The notes under the pieces are model-generated. The model searched no databases. It was given only the letters and a program-made list of their open reading frames with translations, and was not told where the DNA came from. From the NCBI GenBank assembly GCA_038087875.1, contig CM075987.1, positions 18,664,001 to 18,728,000 on the forward strand: a stretch of DNA of 64,000 nt, read 5' to 3'. Within the stretch, counting starts at the first letter, position 1. Each line of letters begins with the position of its first letter. This document shows positions 27,766 through 40,278 of the stretch, piece by piece. This stretch comes from Malacoraja senta (taxonomy: Eukaryota). The translations under genes and the position numbers were made by a program.

Positions 27766-28558
27766 CTAGACCAAGTGCAGACCCGTTGGGTCTGGACACC
27801 GAACGTGCGTTTGCGGGGGTGGTGGTGGTGCTGTGTCATCACACTAACCACCCCCTTTCTTCCAAAGCACGGAATCCGGCACCCACAAACACACACTCAT
27901 CACACGCCTTGATATTATTTTAATTTTTAAATTTGCTTCTTTTATCCCATCTCCACCCTATCCACTGACGAATAGCCCTCACCTTTCAGATGCATCTAGA
28001 GGGTTGGGGCAGAGTGAAAATTTAATGTTAGAAAAAAAAATTTGAAGATGGGGATGAGGAGGGTGGAGAGGAAGGGGGAGAGAGGAAGGGGAGAGAGAGA
28101 GGGGGAGAGAGGAAGGGGGAGAGGAAGGGGAGAGAGGAAGGGGGAGAGAGGAAGGGGGAGAGAGGAAGGGGAGAGAGGAAGGGGGAGAGAGGAAGGGGAG
28201 AGAGGAAGGGGGAGAGAGGAAGGGGAGAGAGGAAGGGGGAGAGAGGAAGGGGAGAGAGGAAGGGGAGAGAGAGAGAGGAAGGGGAGAGAGGAAGGGGGGA
28301 GAGAGGAAGGGGGAGAGAGGAAGGGGGAGAGAGGAAGGGGGAGAGAGGAAGGGGGAGAGAGGAAGGGGGAGAGAGGAAGGGGGAGAGAGGAGGGGGAGAG
28401 AGGAGGGGAGAGAGAGAGAGAGAGGGTGGAGAGAGGAAGGAGAAGATGGGGGAGAGAGGTGAAGGGGGGGTGTTGGAGCGGGCGTGCATGAGTCGAGCCA
28501 CGGGCTGTGAAGAGAGAAGGGCAGAGAGAGAGAGAGAGAGAGAGAGAGGAGGAGAGAG

Positions 28559-28595
<37 letters not shown>

Positions 28596-29911
28596 CAGAG
28601 AGACTGGTACAAAAAAAAAGCTGGAGAAACACAGCAGGTGCAGCAGCATCTATGGAGCGAAGGAAATAGGCAACGCTTTGGGCCGAAGGTCATCCTCAGA
28701 CGGGTTTTCTCCCGAAACGTTGCCTATTTCCTTCGATCCATAGATGCTGCTGCACCCGCTGAGGATATACAGGTTTTTTTTGTGTACCTTCGATTTTCCA
28801 GCATCTGCAGTTCCGTCTTAAAGACAGAGAGACTGTTTGCGGGCTGTTTTCCCAACGCGCGTTTGCGGGAGGGGGGGCTGCGGCATCACACTCACACTAA
28901 CCACCCCCCAAACTCACACTAACCACCCCCAAACACACTCGGGGGGAGGGGGGAGAGGAAGACGGGGTGGGGAGAGAAGAGCGGAGAGGGAGACGGGGGT
29001 GGGGAGAGAAGAGGAGGGGGGGAGGGAGGGGAGAGGGGAGGAGGAAAGGGAGAGATTGGTGAGGGAGAAGAGAGCAGGGTGGGGGAGAGGGAGGGGGAGG
29101 AGAGTGGGGAGTGGTAGGAGAGCGGGGAGGGCAGGAAGGGGGAGAGGGGATGTTAGAGGTGGAGAGAGGGGATGAGGGGAAAGGGAGAGGAGTAGGGCGA
29201 AGAGAGGGAGAGAGGGAGGTGGGAGGGAGAGAGGTGGGGGAGGGAGAGGGGAAGAGTGGGGAGTGAGGGGCAGAGGGTAGCGGGGAGTGGTGCAAGAGAG
29301 AGGGGAAGGAGGTGGGGGGAGATGGGGTGAAGAGGGGTGGTGGAGGGGGAAGAGAGGGTGTGGAAGGGGAGGGAGGGGGAGAGGAGAGAGGGGGGAAGAG
29401 TGGGGAGGGAGAGTGGAAGTAGGAGGGTAGGGACAGTCCATCTGTTCCCCATTCCATATCACCCCCAATCCTCTTTCTCTATTCCCACACACGTGATGAC
29501 GCAGCCTTCGACACAGGCTGCGGGGGTGGGGGGGAGGGGCTGTGGCTGCTGCAAAGGCATATGTAAATGGATCGATTCCGATTGGACATGTGTGAGCATC
29601 ATCGGGCATTGTGACATCACACAATGGAAACTTCACTAACATTCTATGGCTGAGAGCTGTTTTTTTTAACATTTTGAAATGTTGGGGTGGGGGGGAAGTA
29701 TTTTATTTTAAAAAGTGTACACAAACACGACCAAATTTAATCAGGAGTGTCTATTCGTAAAGATAAATGTAATCTCTTTAGAAATGGTAAAAAATATCGG
29801 CGTTTCCGCGTGCTGTGTGGGCCTAGGGCGGTATCAAAGGGGATTTGTGACACAAGTCAGGCGGATGGCAGACACAAGTCAGGCAGCCACAGAGTTTTAA
29901 TATAATATAGA
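27766..29911 (-). mobile_element. Non-autonomous Helitron, family B copy 2 (expanded GA-rich repeat at about 28060-28440)
   Basis: 5' end A|TCTATATTATATTAAAAC, same 3' hairpin plus CTAG|T, no TSD. Confidence 0.85.
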
Positions 29912-32561
29912 TAGATAGATATATATAGATAATCGGAATATGGAAATATTCAACACATTGTGTGTGCATCACTCAAACTACTGAAAGGCAACCCGCCCAC
30001 CCCCACATTCTAAAGTTAAGCAAACACATACTAATCATATGCTAGAATTCGTAACCTTGAATTACACTACATTTAGGATAGAGGGTAGAGCTTCTTCACT
30101 GCATAATATGACAGTGAGGGAGTGGAGGGTGGAGAGAAAAGGGGATTAGACCATTAAGGATTTAAATCTGAGATATGTAATCTACTAATAATTTTGTTTC
30201 ATACTCTGATTTAAAATGAATTCAGTATATAACAATGGTAATAGTTATATAATCAGGCTAGTTCCACTATCCATGGTCATCAATCTGATTTTTGCTTCAA
30301 TGCCACTTTCCTGCCAATTTCCATAACTCTCAACTGCTCTGCCATACAAAAATCTTTATCTCAGCCTTGAATAGGTTAGAGAACTGAAAACATACAACCC
30401 CCCCCCCCCTCGAGAAGGAATTGCTCATATTTCAAATGTGTGATCTTTCCTCTCAAACTACATTCCCAGTTCAAGATTTGCAGACAAGGGAAAGCATTCT
30501 CTTAACATCAAGAGTTATATTTGAATACCAGCACAAAGCATAAACAAAATCTTTTTAAATATGAAAAGTTCTTCAAGATAGCACAACCCTTACAACAATG
30601 CACAGGAGCTTTTCAAATCAAAAGGTTACTAAATCACATGCAGAAAGCAAGGCAAATTATCAAAACTCTGTTCAAAACAGACATTTTCAAAAAATACAAG
30701 AGAAAAAGAAAAGCAGACAGGTTTAAAAGTGTAAATTCCAATATTTCAGACCTTCTGCTGAACTGGCTGAGCAATTAATTTTGGAGATGTCCCAGAATTA
30801 GAATGGTGCCTTCAAAATAAGAAAAGCAAAGTTTTGAAATACACAAGAAAGGAACATTTACTGGAAAAAGAAAATCAGAAGTGAAAGCCCCATGTCAAAG
30901 AACAGTGATGCCAAAGGCCTTACCAACATAGGCATACAACGACACATTTTCTCGACTGAAGTGCGCTGCATACAAATGACAAAATCTTGCAACAGTAAAA
31001 TGCAGAGGTTTCTCAAGATCATAGAAAATATAATTTTCCACTCCAATCTTTACAGAAAATAAGAATTTTTGTAATAGCCACAAACAAAATCTAAATATGA
31101 AAATTGTATTCAGTTTTAAAATTATACAAGGCAGTGGCTTGAATCAAACCAATAATCTTTAAGCTAGCTTTTTGATGAGCATTAACATTACAACAATGTT
31201 TTGGGCCAGGATCATTCTTCAGACAGATTGTAGTGGCAGAGAAAGCTGGAAAAAAGAGGTAGAGGCAGGACAAAACTTGGCAAGTGATAGGCGGATGCAG
31301 GTAAGGGGGTCATTGGCAGATGGGTAGAGTAAATGACAGTGGATAGAGCTAAAAAAGGGACAAGGTAGTGTCAGATAAGGAGAAGTGAAATGCTCAGAGG
31401 GAGGATGTTTGTAGGAGGGAGGAAAGATATAGGTGGAAGGGGACAGGTGGAAGAGGAGCTACAAATGTTGTAAATGACAACAGCCTCCAAATTGAGTATT
31501 TGAATTTTGCTGGATTCAACTCTACTTTAAAAGTATTGAGATAGAACGTCAAAGCACAGAAACAGGCCATTCAGATGTCAAATGCTTGCAATAATCTAAA
31601 AATTTTAATGTCATAATTATAATCTAATCTGGGCAACTGGATTTTTAGTGCAGATTAAAGTGATTAAAGATTAAAGTAGATTAAATAAGACAACTTCAGT
31701 GAAAAATTAAAATAGGTCAACAAATACTGCAGTTTTTACAATCAAGGCAATCAAGATCATTTGTGAAGGTTTTGTTTAAATCTCTATATGTAGCTGATAA
31801 CCAGAAGATTCAGCATCCATAACAGAAGACTGCCATGATATAAGAACAGAAAATATATCACCAAATAAAGATATGGCAATATCATGCCTGCAGGCAATAG
31901 AAGGTTCATTAATTGATTGATGTCATCTGATCTTGAGAGTGAACATAAGCGTTGGGGAATATTTGCCAAACATCAATTATGATGATTGAAGAGCTTTTGT
32001 TTTCATATCTTGGAAGACAATGTGATAATACTTCCAACATTTTGTAACTTGTATGTTCAATATGAAAATGTTGGGCTATAGGAACGGATTTTATGCTGCA
32101 TCGTGCATGAATTAAAAAAATTGAATACATCTGTTACAGGCCTCATAAAATGATCATCATCACAACAATGGCTGTTTCTGGGTCACTCGCATCACAATTT
32201 AAACCAGAGCAGATCCAAGTCAATAAAACAAAATGGACCAATTTAAGTTAATTCCACATCCCATCTTTTGGCTTATAGTCCACGTGACAATTGCTTCAAC
32301 TTGAGACAGCATTCCAGACAGCAGCTACTTTTTTGGGTGGGAGACTGGGAGTAAAAGTATTTCCTACATTTGCCTCTAATGGTTCCACCAATGAACAAAT
32401 CTATATTTCCTATCTATCAATTTCTCTGTAAGAGGGAACTTGGTTATTATTCACCCAGGGTCACTCAAATTTAATGTGTCGCAATCAGATCTCTCCTTCC
32501 ATGTTAAATCCTCTTCCACTAAATACAGTTAAATATATTACATACAAGATGAAAGCCTTTA

Positions 32562-33119
32562 AGTATTCTTTAATTATGGGTTAATAATTGGAAAGAAATT
32601 GATACTTAAATTTTGGAAAAATACAGCTATACCAACTATTAAAATGTGGATTAGGAATATGACGGACATAGCACACCTTGAAGAAATGAGACTCCGCCTA
32701 ATAGATAAATATGACCAATTCTTAAGGAGTTGGTCTCCTTTCATCGACTTTTTGGAATCATGTGATGCAGCAGTACCGTAAAGATTACTGATTTCAGGTC
32801 AGGTCGTGGATAGATTTACATCTCCGAACAAAGATTTGAAAATTTCTTTTTTAAGGGCCTTTTTCTACTATTTCTACTTTCTACTTTTTCTTTTCTTATA
32901 TACACACTTCACGTTTTTCTATTTTCTACTATCTATTTTTCCTCTTTTTCTTCTCTCTATTTTTTGTTTTTTTTACTTCCTTTTCAAAACCATAAAACTA
33001 GAGGTTGTACATAGAATGTATTACGTTATGACATAGTTGGCACCTAAAATTAGGTACCACTGTATTGTTTTGTATTGTATTAACTTCTAATAAAATTTTA
33101 AAAAATAAAATTAAAAAAA
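32562..33119 (+). mobile_element. 5'-truncated L1 LINE
   Basis: KKLILKFWKNTAIPTIKMW..HLEEMR resembles the ORF2 end at 9870-10082. AATAAA and A-rich tail. TSD ATGAAAGCCTTTA at 32549-32561 and 33120-33132. Confidence 0.88.
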
Positions 33120-34479
33120 ATGAAAGCCTTTAGACAGTCGCAAATCGCATCAAGTACCTACTTTCTAGTACGAAACAGCTATTTCCTCCAACTTTACCAA
33201 ACAGATTTTGCCTGGGCTGAAGATTGAAGGCTACTGCAAAATGGCAGTAGCTAACGCAACATGTAACGTTAAAATGGAACAGCCATGACAACAGAATCCA
33301 GAAACCTGCCCCCAAAGAATAGTTCTGAGAAAAGGCAACAAATTAATCTACTGCAGATTTCTAGGCAAAACATTTGAGCAAATGGATTGTTAACTCCCCA
33401 AAGTAAAAAGCAGTTTATTTCCTCTAAGTCTAAGCATAAGAAATTTAGACCGTGATAGTATTACATGAATGGAAGTTAGGTGAAAATGGTTTACCCTTCA
33501 AACACCAACAAGCCTCACAAGATAATACACTTTTAGCAGAATATTGGAAAGAATCTAAAATTCATGGATCGATTGGTCAATTTTTGGCTGATTTGCACTC
33601 CCATGTACTGTGCTAGAACCTTTCCATGTTATGGAACCTCATAATATAGTTACTATCAATCATAATCAGAGTTTGAAACTCTATCCTGTTTTATTATCCA
33701 GCAACACCTGTGATCGAACCGGTTTTGAATCTGTAGTACATATCAACACTGATCAACTAATTCTAACCAAGATCTAAAATTAACTAAAATCATTACTAAT
33801 CTGTAGCTAATTAACCTACCACTGCAACTTTTGCATTCTCTGCTGAATACATTTCTGAATTATGGAAACTGGCTACAGACAGTTCTCAGAACTCTTGCAG
33901 GCAGTTTCAATAATTAAAAAGAACAGATCTCCTGCTCAGAGGAAAATGATGACTGGGGACAATTTCGGTGGTCTGGATTTTCTGTGGTCTGGTACCAGTC
34001 AATTTCATCCTGTATTAAGTCAATTTATGCAAGTATTCTTACTGTGATAATTAGCTGCCACCTCAACAACATTATAACCAAGGAGCCACTGGCAATCTTG
34101 GTAAGATTGCTGGATGTCCTTGCCTTCAAATATATTGAAAAACGACAGTTTTGCAAATGAATAGAAAGGGGCGTGAATTAGGTGGAGGTGTAAGGGTGTG
34201 AAAAGAAAAACCATGACGCCAGATAAAAAGGCGTGTGAACGTTTAATTGGGTATTAACTATTGAATGATTAAATACAAATTACAGTAGTACAATTGGATG
34301 CATTTTACATTTGTGCACAGGGCAGACTTAGTGGATTGAATGGTTTCACTTTGTGAGACTCCTTTGCAAACTTCCTTGAATATGCTTTTGATTTGATGAC
34401 TAAACAAGCAGCAATGAGTTTAAAAATTCATCTTCCAGGCCACAGCCCAATGAAACAGCATATATTAGTCTTCAGTCAT

Positions 34480-35137
34480 ATCAGTATTCAGTATTAACTT
34501 TGTCATTTCACCGAGTACTTGGATACACAGAAGAAACGAAAAATAGTTTCTCATCAGTTTTTGTCAGTGCAATTAATAAAAACAGAAATAAATACATACA
34601 ACTTTAAAATTATATCTAAAATAGACCTAAAATTGAACTAAAAACAGACATTCAAACCGAGCAGTGACTTTACCGTGACAGGTGTCTAGCTGTCAAGGTT
34701 TGGGCGAGGTTAGATGTGGGGGTGTATGTGTATGGGGAGGGGAGAGGACACAGTCTGTTAACCATTGTTATTGCTTGTGGGAAGAAGCTGTTTAGCATCC
34801 TGCTGGTTCTGCAGCTGATACTCCTGTACCTCTTCCCAGATGGCAGAATGGAGAAGATGTGGTGGGATGGGTGCTAAGGGTTCTTCATGATGGAGATGGC
34901 TCTGCGGATGCAGCGCTTCTGATAGATCTTCAACAGGAAAGGGAGTGGGGCACCAATGATCCTACTGGCTGTCTTCACTATCCTGTTTAGCTGTCTTTGT
35001 TAGTAAGCCTTGAAGCTCCCAAACCAGGAAGTGATGCCGTAGGTCAGTATGCTCTCAATGGTACCCCTGTAGAAGGTCGTTAGGTGAACAGTGGGGAGAC
35101 CTGCTTTTCTGAGTCTCCGGAGGGGGTGGAGCCGCTA
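34480..35137 (-). mobile_element. Rex1/Babar-like LINE 3' fragment
   Basis: Reverse translation includes ...FYRGTIESILTYGITSWFG... and DPHHP/PSGRRY-like motifs. Related fragments at about 50690-51040 and 59860-60245 (+). Confidence 0.7.
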
Positions 35138-35865
35138 TAATTAGCAAACGAGTGCACCACATTACAGTGGTATCATGTAGAACCAAGCACAGTCGGGTAA
35201 GTTTAAAACAATGAAGCAGAATCAAGTTTTATTGTGGAACTATAGATTTTGAGTGGCAAAGTTGATCAGATCAAGACGTCTCTGGAAACATATTATCTGA
35301 GGGTTGATATTAGTAAAATCCTTAATGTTACTGGGGAAATAAAGGAGAAGATGTGGGGCAACTAGGATGGATAAGTCAAGTCAATAGAGTTTATTGTCAT
35401 GTGTCCCAGATAGGACAATGAAATTCTTGCTTGCTGCAGCACAACAGAATATTGTAAGCATTAAAAAAATACAGAACAGTTCAGTGTGTCTATATATCAT
35501 AGACCATGTATATACACATATAAATAAACAGATAAAGTGCAATAGGCTGTTATAGTTCAGAGTCTGTTTGTTGGCGAGTTTAATAGCCTGATGGCTATGG
35601 GGAAGTTGCTGTTCCTGAACCTGGATGTACTAGATTTCAGGCTCATGTACCTTCTACCCGATGGTAGCGGAGAGATGAGTGCGTAGCCAGGATGGTGTGG
35701 GTCCTTGATGATGTTGGCAGCCTTTTTGAGGCAGCGATTGTGATAGATCCCTACGATGATGGGGAGGTCAGAGCCGATGATGGACTGGGCAGCGGTCACA
35801 ACTTTCTGCATTCTTTTCCGCTCCTGGACGCTCAAGTTGCCGAACCAAGCCAAGATGCAACCAAG

Positions 35866-38032
35866 CAGGGCTCAAAATTAGAGGTTGCCCGGGTGCCCCT
35901 GACCACTCAAAGCGCCGCCGGGCAACCTAAACGCCGAGTCATTTTGCCCGGCTTGGCAACCAGATACTGGTTTGTACCGAAGATAGACACAAAAAACTGG
36001 AGTAACTCCGCGAGTCAGGCAGCATCTCTGGAGAAAAGGAACGCGACGTCTCGTGTCGGCGGCAGCTGTGCGGGGCAAAGATACTAGGTGCGGGGTGAGG
36101 AAGGGTCAGAGCGAATGACGGGCCCCGAACAGCGGCTCCTCCTCCCGCCCCCCGCCCGTCCTGATAAGGGCCTCTGCTGGCAAACCCGCTAACCGCGATA
36201 ACCACTTTCAAAACAAACCCTCCCGCACTCCGAGGCTGGGAGGAAGGAGGGAGGGAGGGGGAGGCCTCGGAGTGCGGGAGGGTTTGTTTTGAAAGCCCGT
36301 TAGCGGATTTACAAGCAGAGGCCCTGATCAGGGCGGGCGGGGGTCGGGAGGAAGGGGAGATGGAGCCGCTGTCACGGCCTCTGTGCGAAGCCCGTCATTC
36401 GCTCCGACCCTTCTGAAGCAGCTGCACCAAAGATCTTATAGCTATAGGATCTCTGAGCTGCACCGCCCGGCCCCGCACCTTGCTGTTGGCTGGCGGAGGA
36501 GGGAGGCGGTGGCGAAGAGTTCCCAACGGCTAAGGCAGCGGGGCGATGTTGTCCGAGGAGCGCTGACCTTCCTTCCTCCCCACCCCTCTCCCTCTCTCTC
36601 TTGTACGCCCCCTCCACCCCTCTTATCCCGCACCGATCGCCATTCCCGCCTCTATTCAGTCCTCACTGACATCCCCTGTGCTCCCCTCCCCATCTACCCC
36701 CCCCATCTATTCATCCTGCGCTGATCACCCTATCTACCACGCATTGATTCTCCTGCCACCCCGCCCATCCATCCTATACTGGTTCCCCAATTCACCCTGT
36801 ACTTACCCCTTTCCCATCCATCCTGCACTTCTCCTCCATCCAACCTGTACTAATCCACGCATTCATCCCGTACTGACCCACCCTCCATTTACCCTGCACC
36901 TTCCCCCCTTCATCCTGTAGTGATCTCCCATTCATCCTGCACAGACCCTCCGATCCACACTGTACTGACCCCCCCCCCCATTCATCCTGCGCTGATCTCC
37001 CCCCCATCCATCCTCTACTGATCCTCCCATTCAAGAAGAATGGGGGGAACAGTCTGAAGAAGGGTCTCGACCCGAAACTTTGCCTATTTCCTTCGCTCCA
37101 TAGATGCTGCCTCACCCGCTGAGTTTCTCCAGCACTTTTGTCTACCCCCATCCATCCTGTACTGAACCCTCCCATTCAACATCACTGACATCCCCGGTGC
37201 TCTCCCCTCACAATTTTACCTACTCCAACCAACACGTACTAATTCACCTGCCTCAATCCATCCATTCTGCACCGACTGCCGTCTAACCCCCCCTCCCCCC
37301 CGCCATCTATCCACCCCGCACTGATTCACACACACCCCCCTCCCTGACCCTATTGTGCTGGAAATGTCTTCAGAGCGAACATTGACTATGTTTGATAACG
37401 GAATGCAATCAAATGTTTTAATTCCCAATGTTATTATTTGTTTTAATCCATAAAGATGGATTAATTTAATTGTGAACACGTGAAACATTAAAACCAGTGT
37501 TCGATTGTCACTGCTGCCGTTGACACGTTATTACAGAATTCATTTTGACGGCAAATCAATGCTCTTAATATGGAGTATCAGTACTGTAGTTATTTAATGA
37601 GCAACATTCATAATTATACGTACGCATATATGTTACCATGGTCCAGGATTTATTGACACAGGTTGATCATAAGCTGAATAATCCAACCACATTTTTGTTT
37701 GGAAGTGGAAAGAACTAATAGAAATTGCATTAATTGCAATGTGTAATAAGAGTTGAGATACTGTCTTATAATTTTGCTGCATGTCATTGTGGGATATATC
37801 ATGTCTTGATTGGTGAATATGTTTAGTTTGTGACTTTATTTGAAGCAGAAATAATATGTGAATGCTTCATTGAGTATAATTCCGACTGGTAACTACACAC
37901 TTCGTCCGAGCACATTATCGCACGCGTCATGCAAGCCATCTTAAATGACCACCTAAACTGTCATTTGGCAACCTAAAAAGCTGCCAAGGTTGCCCGGCTG
38001 GCAACAGGGAAAAAAAGTAAGCGAGAGCCCTG
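35866..38032. mobile_element. Non-autonomous CAGGG-ended DNA transposon (hAT-like, 5-bp TSD), copy 2
   Basis: Ends CAGGGCTC...GAGCCCTG. TSD CCAAG (35861-35865 / 38033-38037). Confidence 0.85.
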
Positions 38033-38037
38033 CCAAG

Positions 38038-38657
38038 TCAAGTCACATTTATTTATATAGCACATTTAAAAAACAATTCTCGTTGGCCAAAGTGCTTCAT
38101 ATTTGTTATAAGAATAATATAAACAAACATACATACATACATATAGCCCTCGCTCAGAGGATGTCAAGAAAGGCTTGGGAGTATAGATAAGTTTTTAGTC
38201 TTGACTTAAAGGAGTCGATGGAGGGGGCAGTTCTGATGGGAAGGGGATGCTGTTCCACCGTCTAGGAGCTGCAACCGCAAAGGCGCGGTCGCCCCTGAGC
38301 TTATGCCTAGACCGCGGGATATTCAGCAACCCCAAGTCGGCCGATCTGAGGGACCTGGAGGTAGAGTGGTGGGTGAGAAGACTTTTAATGTAGGTGGGGG
38401 CAAGCCCATTGAGGGCCTTGTAGACATAGAGGATCTTGAAATGTATACGGAACCGCACAGGGAGCCAGTGGAGAGAGGCCAGGATCGGGGTGATGTGGTC
38501 CCTTTTTCGGGTGCCCGTCAGGAGTCTCGCTGCGGCGTTTTGGACCAGTTGCAGGCAGGACAGGGAAGATTGGCTGATGCCAGTGTAAAGGGAGTTGCAG
38601 TAATCTAGGCGGGAGATAAATGTGTGGATGATCTTTTCGAGGTCATCAATGTGGAGG
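38038..38657 (-). mobile_element. 5'-truncated L2 LINE
   Basis: SRLDYCNSL...LQLVQNAAARLLTG...HITPILASLHWLPV...RAFAVAAP is an L2 RT C-terminus. 3' end GTGCTATATAAATAAATGTGAC(TTGAC)n. Likely TSD AACCA (35859-35863 / 38658-38662). Confidence 0.9.
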
Positions 38658-40278
38658 AACCAGTCAGCATGCTCTCTACTGTGCACCTGTAGAAGTTCGA
38701 GAGAGTCCTCTTTGACATACCGACTCTCCATAATCTTCTCAGGAAGTAGAGGCGCTGATGTGCTTTCTTTATAGTAGCATCAGTGTGCTGGGACCAGGAA
38801 AGATCTTCGGAAATATGCACACCCAAGAATTTGAAGTTCTTGACCCTTTCCACCATCGTCCCGTTGATATAAACGGGACGATGGTGGGTCCCTATTCTAC
38901 CCCTTCCAAAGTCCACAATCAGTTACTTGGTTTTGCTGGTGTTGAGAGCCAGGTTATTGTGATGGCACCATTTGGTCAATCGGTCGATCTCACTTCTATA
39001 CTCTGACTCGTCACCATCAGTGATTCTTCCCACAACAGTGGTGTCGTCGGCGAACTTGATGATGGAGTTCGCACTATGACCGGCTACGCAGTCATGAATA
39101 TAGAATGAGTAAAGCAGCGGGCTGAGCACGCAGCCTTGAGGATCCAATTGCAGAGGGAAGCTTGGTAACCAGCTTGGAGGGGATGATTGTATTAAATGCC
39201 GAGCTGTAGTCAATGAATAACAGCCTGACATACGAGTTTTTGTTGTCCAAGTGGTCCAGAGCGGAGTGGAGAGCTAGTGAGATCGCATCCACCATTGATC
39301 TGTTGTGGCAGTAAGCGAACTGCAGTGGGTCGAGGTTCTTGTCGAGGTAGGAGTTGATATGCGCCATAATCAACCCCTCATAGCACTTCATCACCACAGA
39401 CGTTAGTGCCACTGGTCGATAGTCATTGAGGCACATCACCTTGCTCTTATTGGGCACCGGTATTATTGATGCCCTTTTAAAGCAGGTGGGAACATCAGAC
39501 CTCAGAGGTGAGAGGATTAAAATGCCCGTAAAAGCCTCAGCCAGTTGGTCCGCACAAGATAAATTGTCAAAGAGAACTTAGGGAAAAGTAAAAGAAATTG
39601 TCAAAATGATAAATTGTCGGAGAACTTAAGGAAACGTTTTTTAAAAAGTTGCACAAATGTAGCACCTAATTTCCAGAACAATGAGCTGAGACTCGTGGAT
39701 TTAATTAAGGACATTTAATAAGCAATCAAAGGAGAGAATGGATTAGAAGGATGTGCTGAGAGAAACAGAAAAAGGAAGAGGAAGCATGTGTGGAACACAA
39801 ATTCTGGAATGAACCATCTTGGCAGAATGGTCAGAATTTAACAAAATATTGATTACCTGGAAATATATTTGTATACAAAAACCTCCACACCTAATCTATC
39901 ATCTCCTATTCAAATATTTGAGGGGGAGATATCCAAAGATGTGCTCAAAAATGAAATGATAGTAGTTGCACAAACTTACAAGAGGATGGGAATAAAAAAG
40001 GGTAAGAGAGGATCTTAAAAACAGATTTTAGTAAATATTGAACCCTCCTTCTGTTATGCTAGATGCTGGAAGTTAGAGCGTGGCGCAGTGGCAAAGCGGT
40101 AGAGACCCAGGTTCCATCTTGACCACAGGTGCTGCCTGTATGGAGTTTGCATGTTCTCCCTGTGACCACGTGGTTTTCCCTGGGTGCTCTAGTTTTCTCC
40201 CATACTCCAAAGATGTAGAGATTGGTAGGTTAATTGGCTTCGGTTAAATTGTAAATTGTTCCTCATGTGAAAGATAGT

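Larger units (their letters stand above)
35373..39558 (-). mobile_element. Rex1/Babar LINE (RT), interrupted by nested L2 and DNA transposon insertions at 35864-38657
   Basis: ORFs 39092..39457 ([24 protein letters not shown]), 38923..39231 ([15 protein letters not shown]), 38605..38916 and 35557..35853 form a continuous Rex1-type RT once the inserts are removed. Confidence 0.9.

Noticed and set aside
26251..29672. Many 100-260-aa low-complexity ORFs
   Set aside because: They come from GA-rich repeats inside the non-autonomous Helitrons. No Rep or helicase motifs are present.
38195..38731. 178-aa ORF as a single gene
   Set aside because: A chance fusion across the Rex1/L2 insertion junction.
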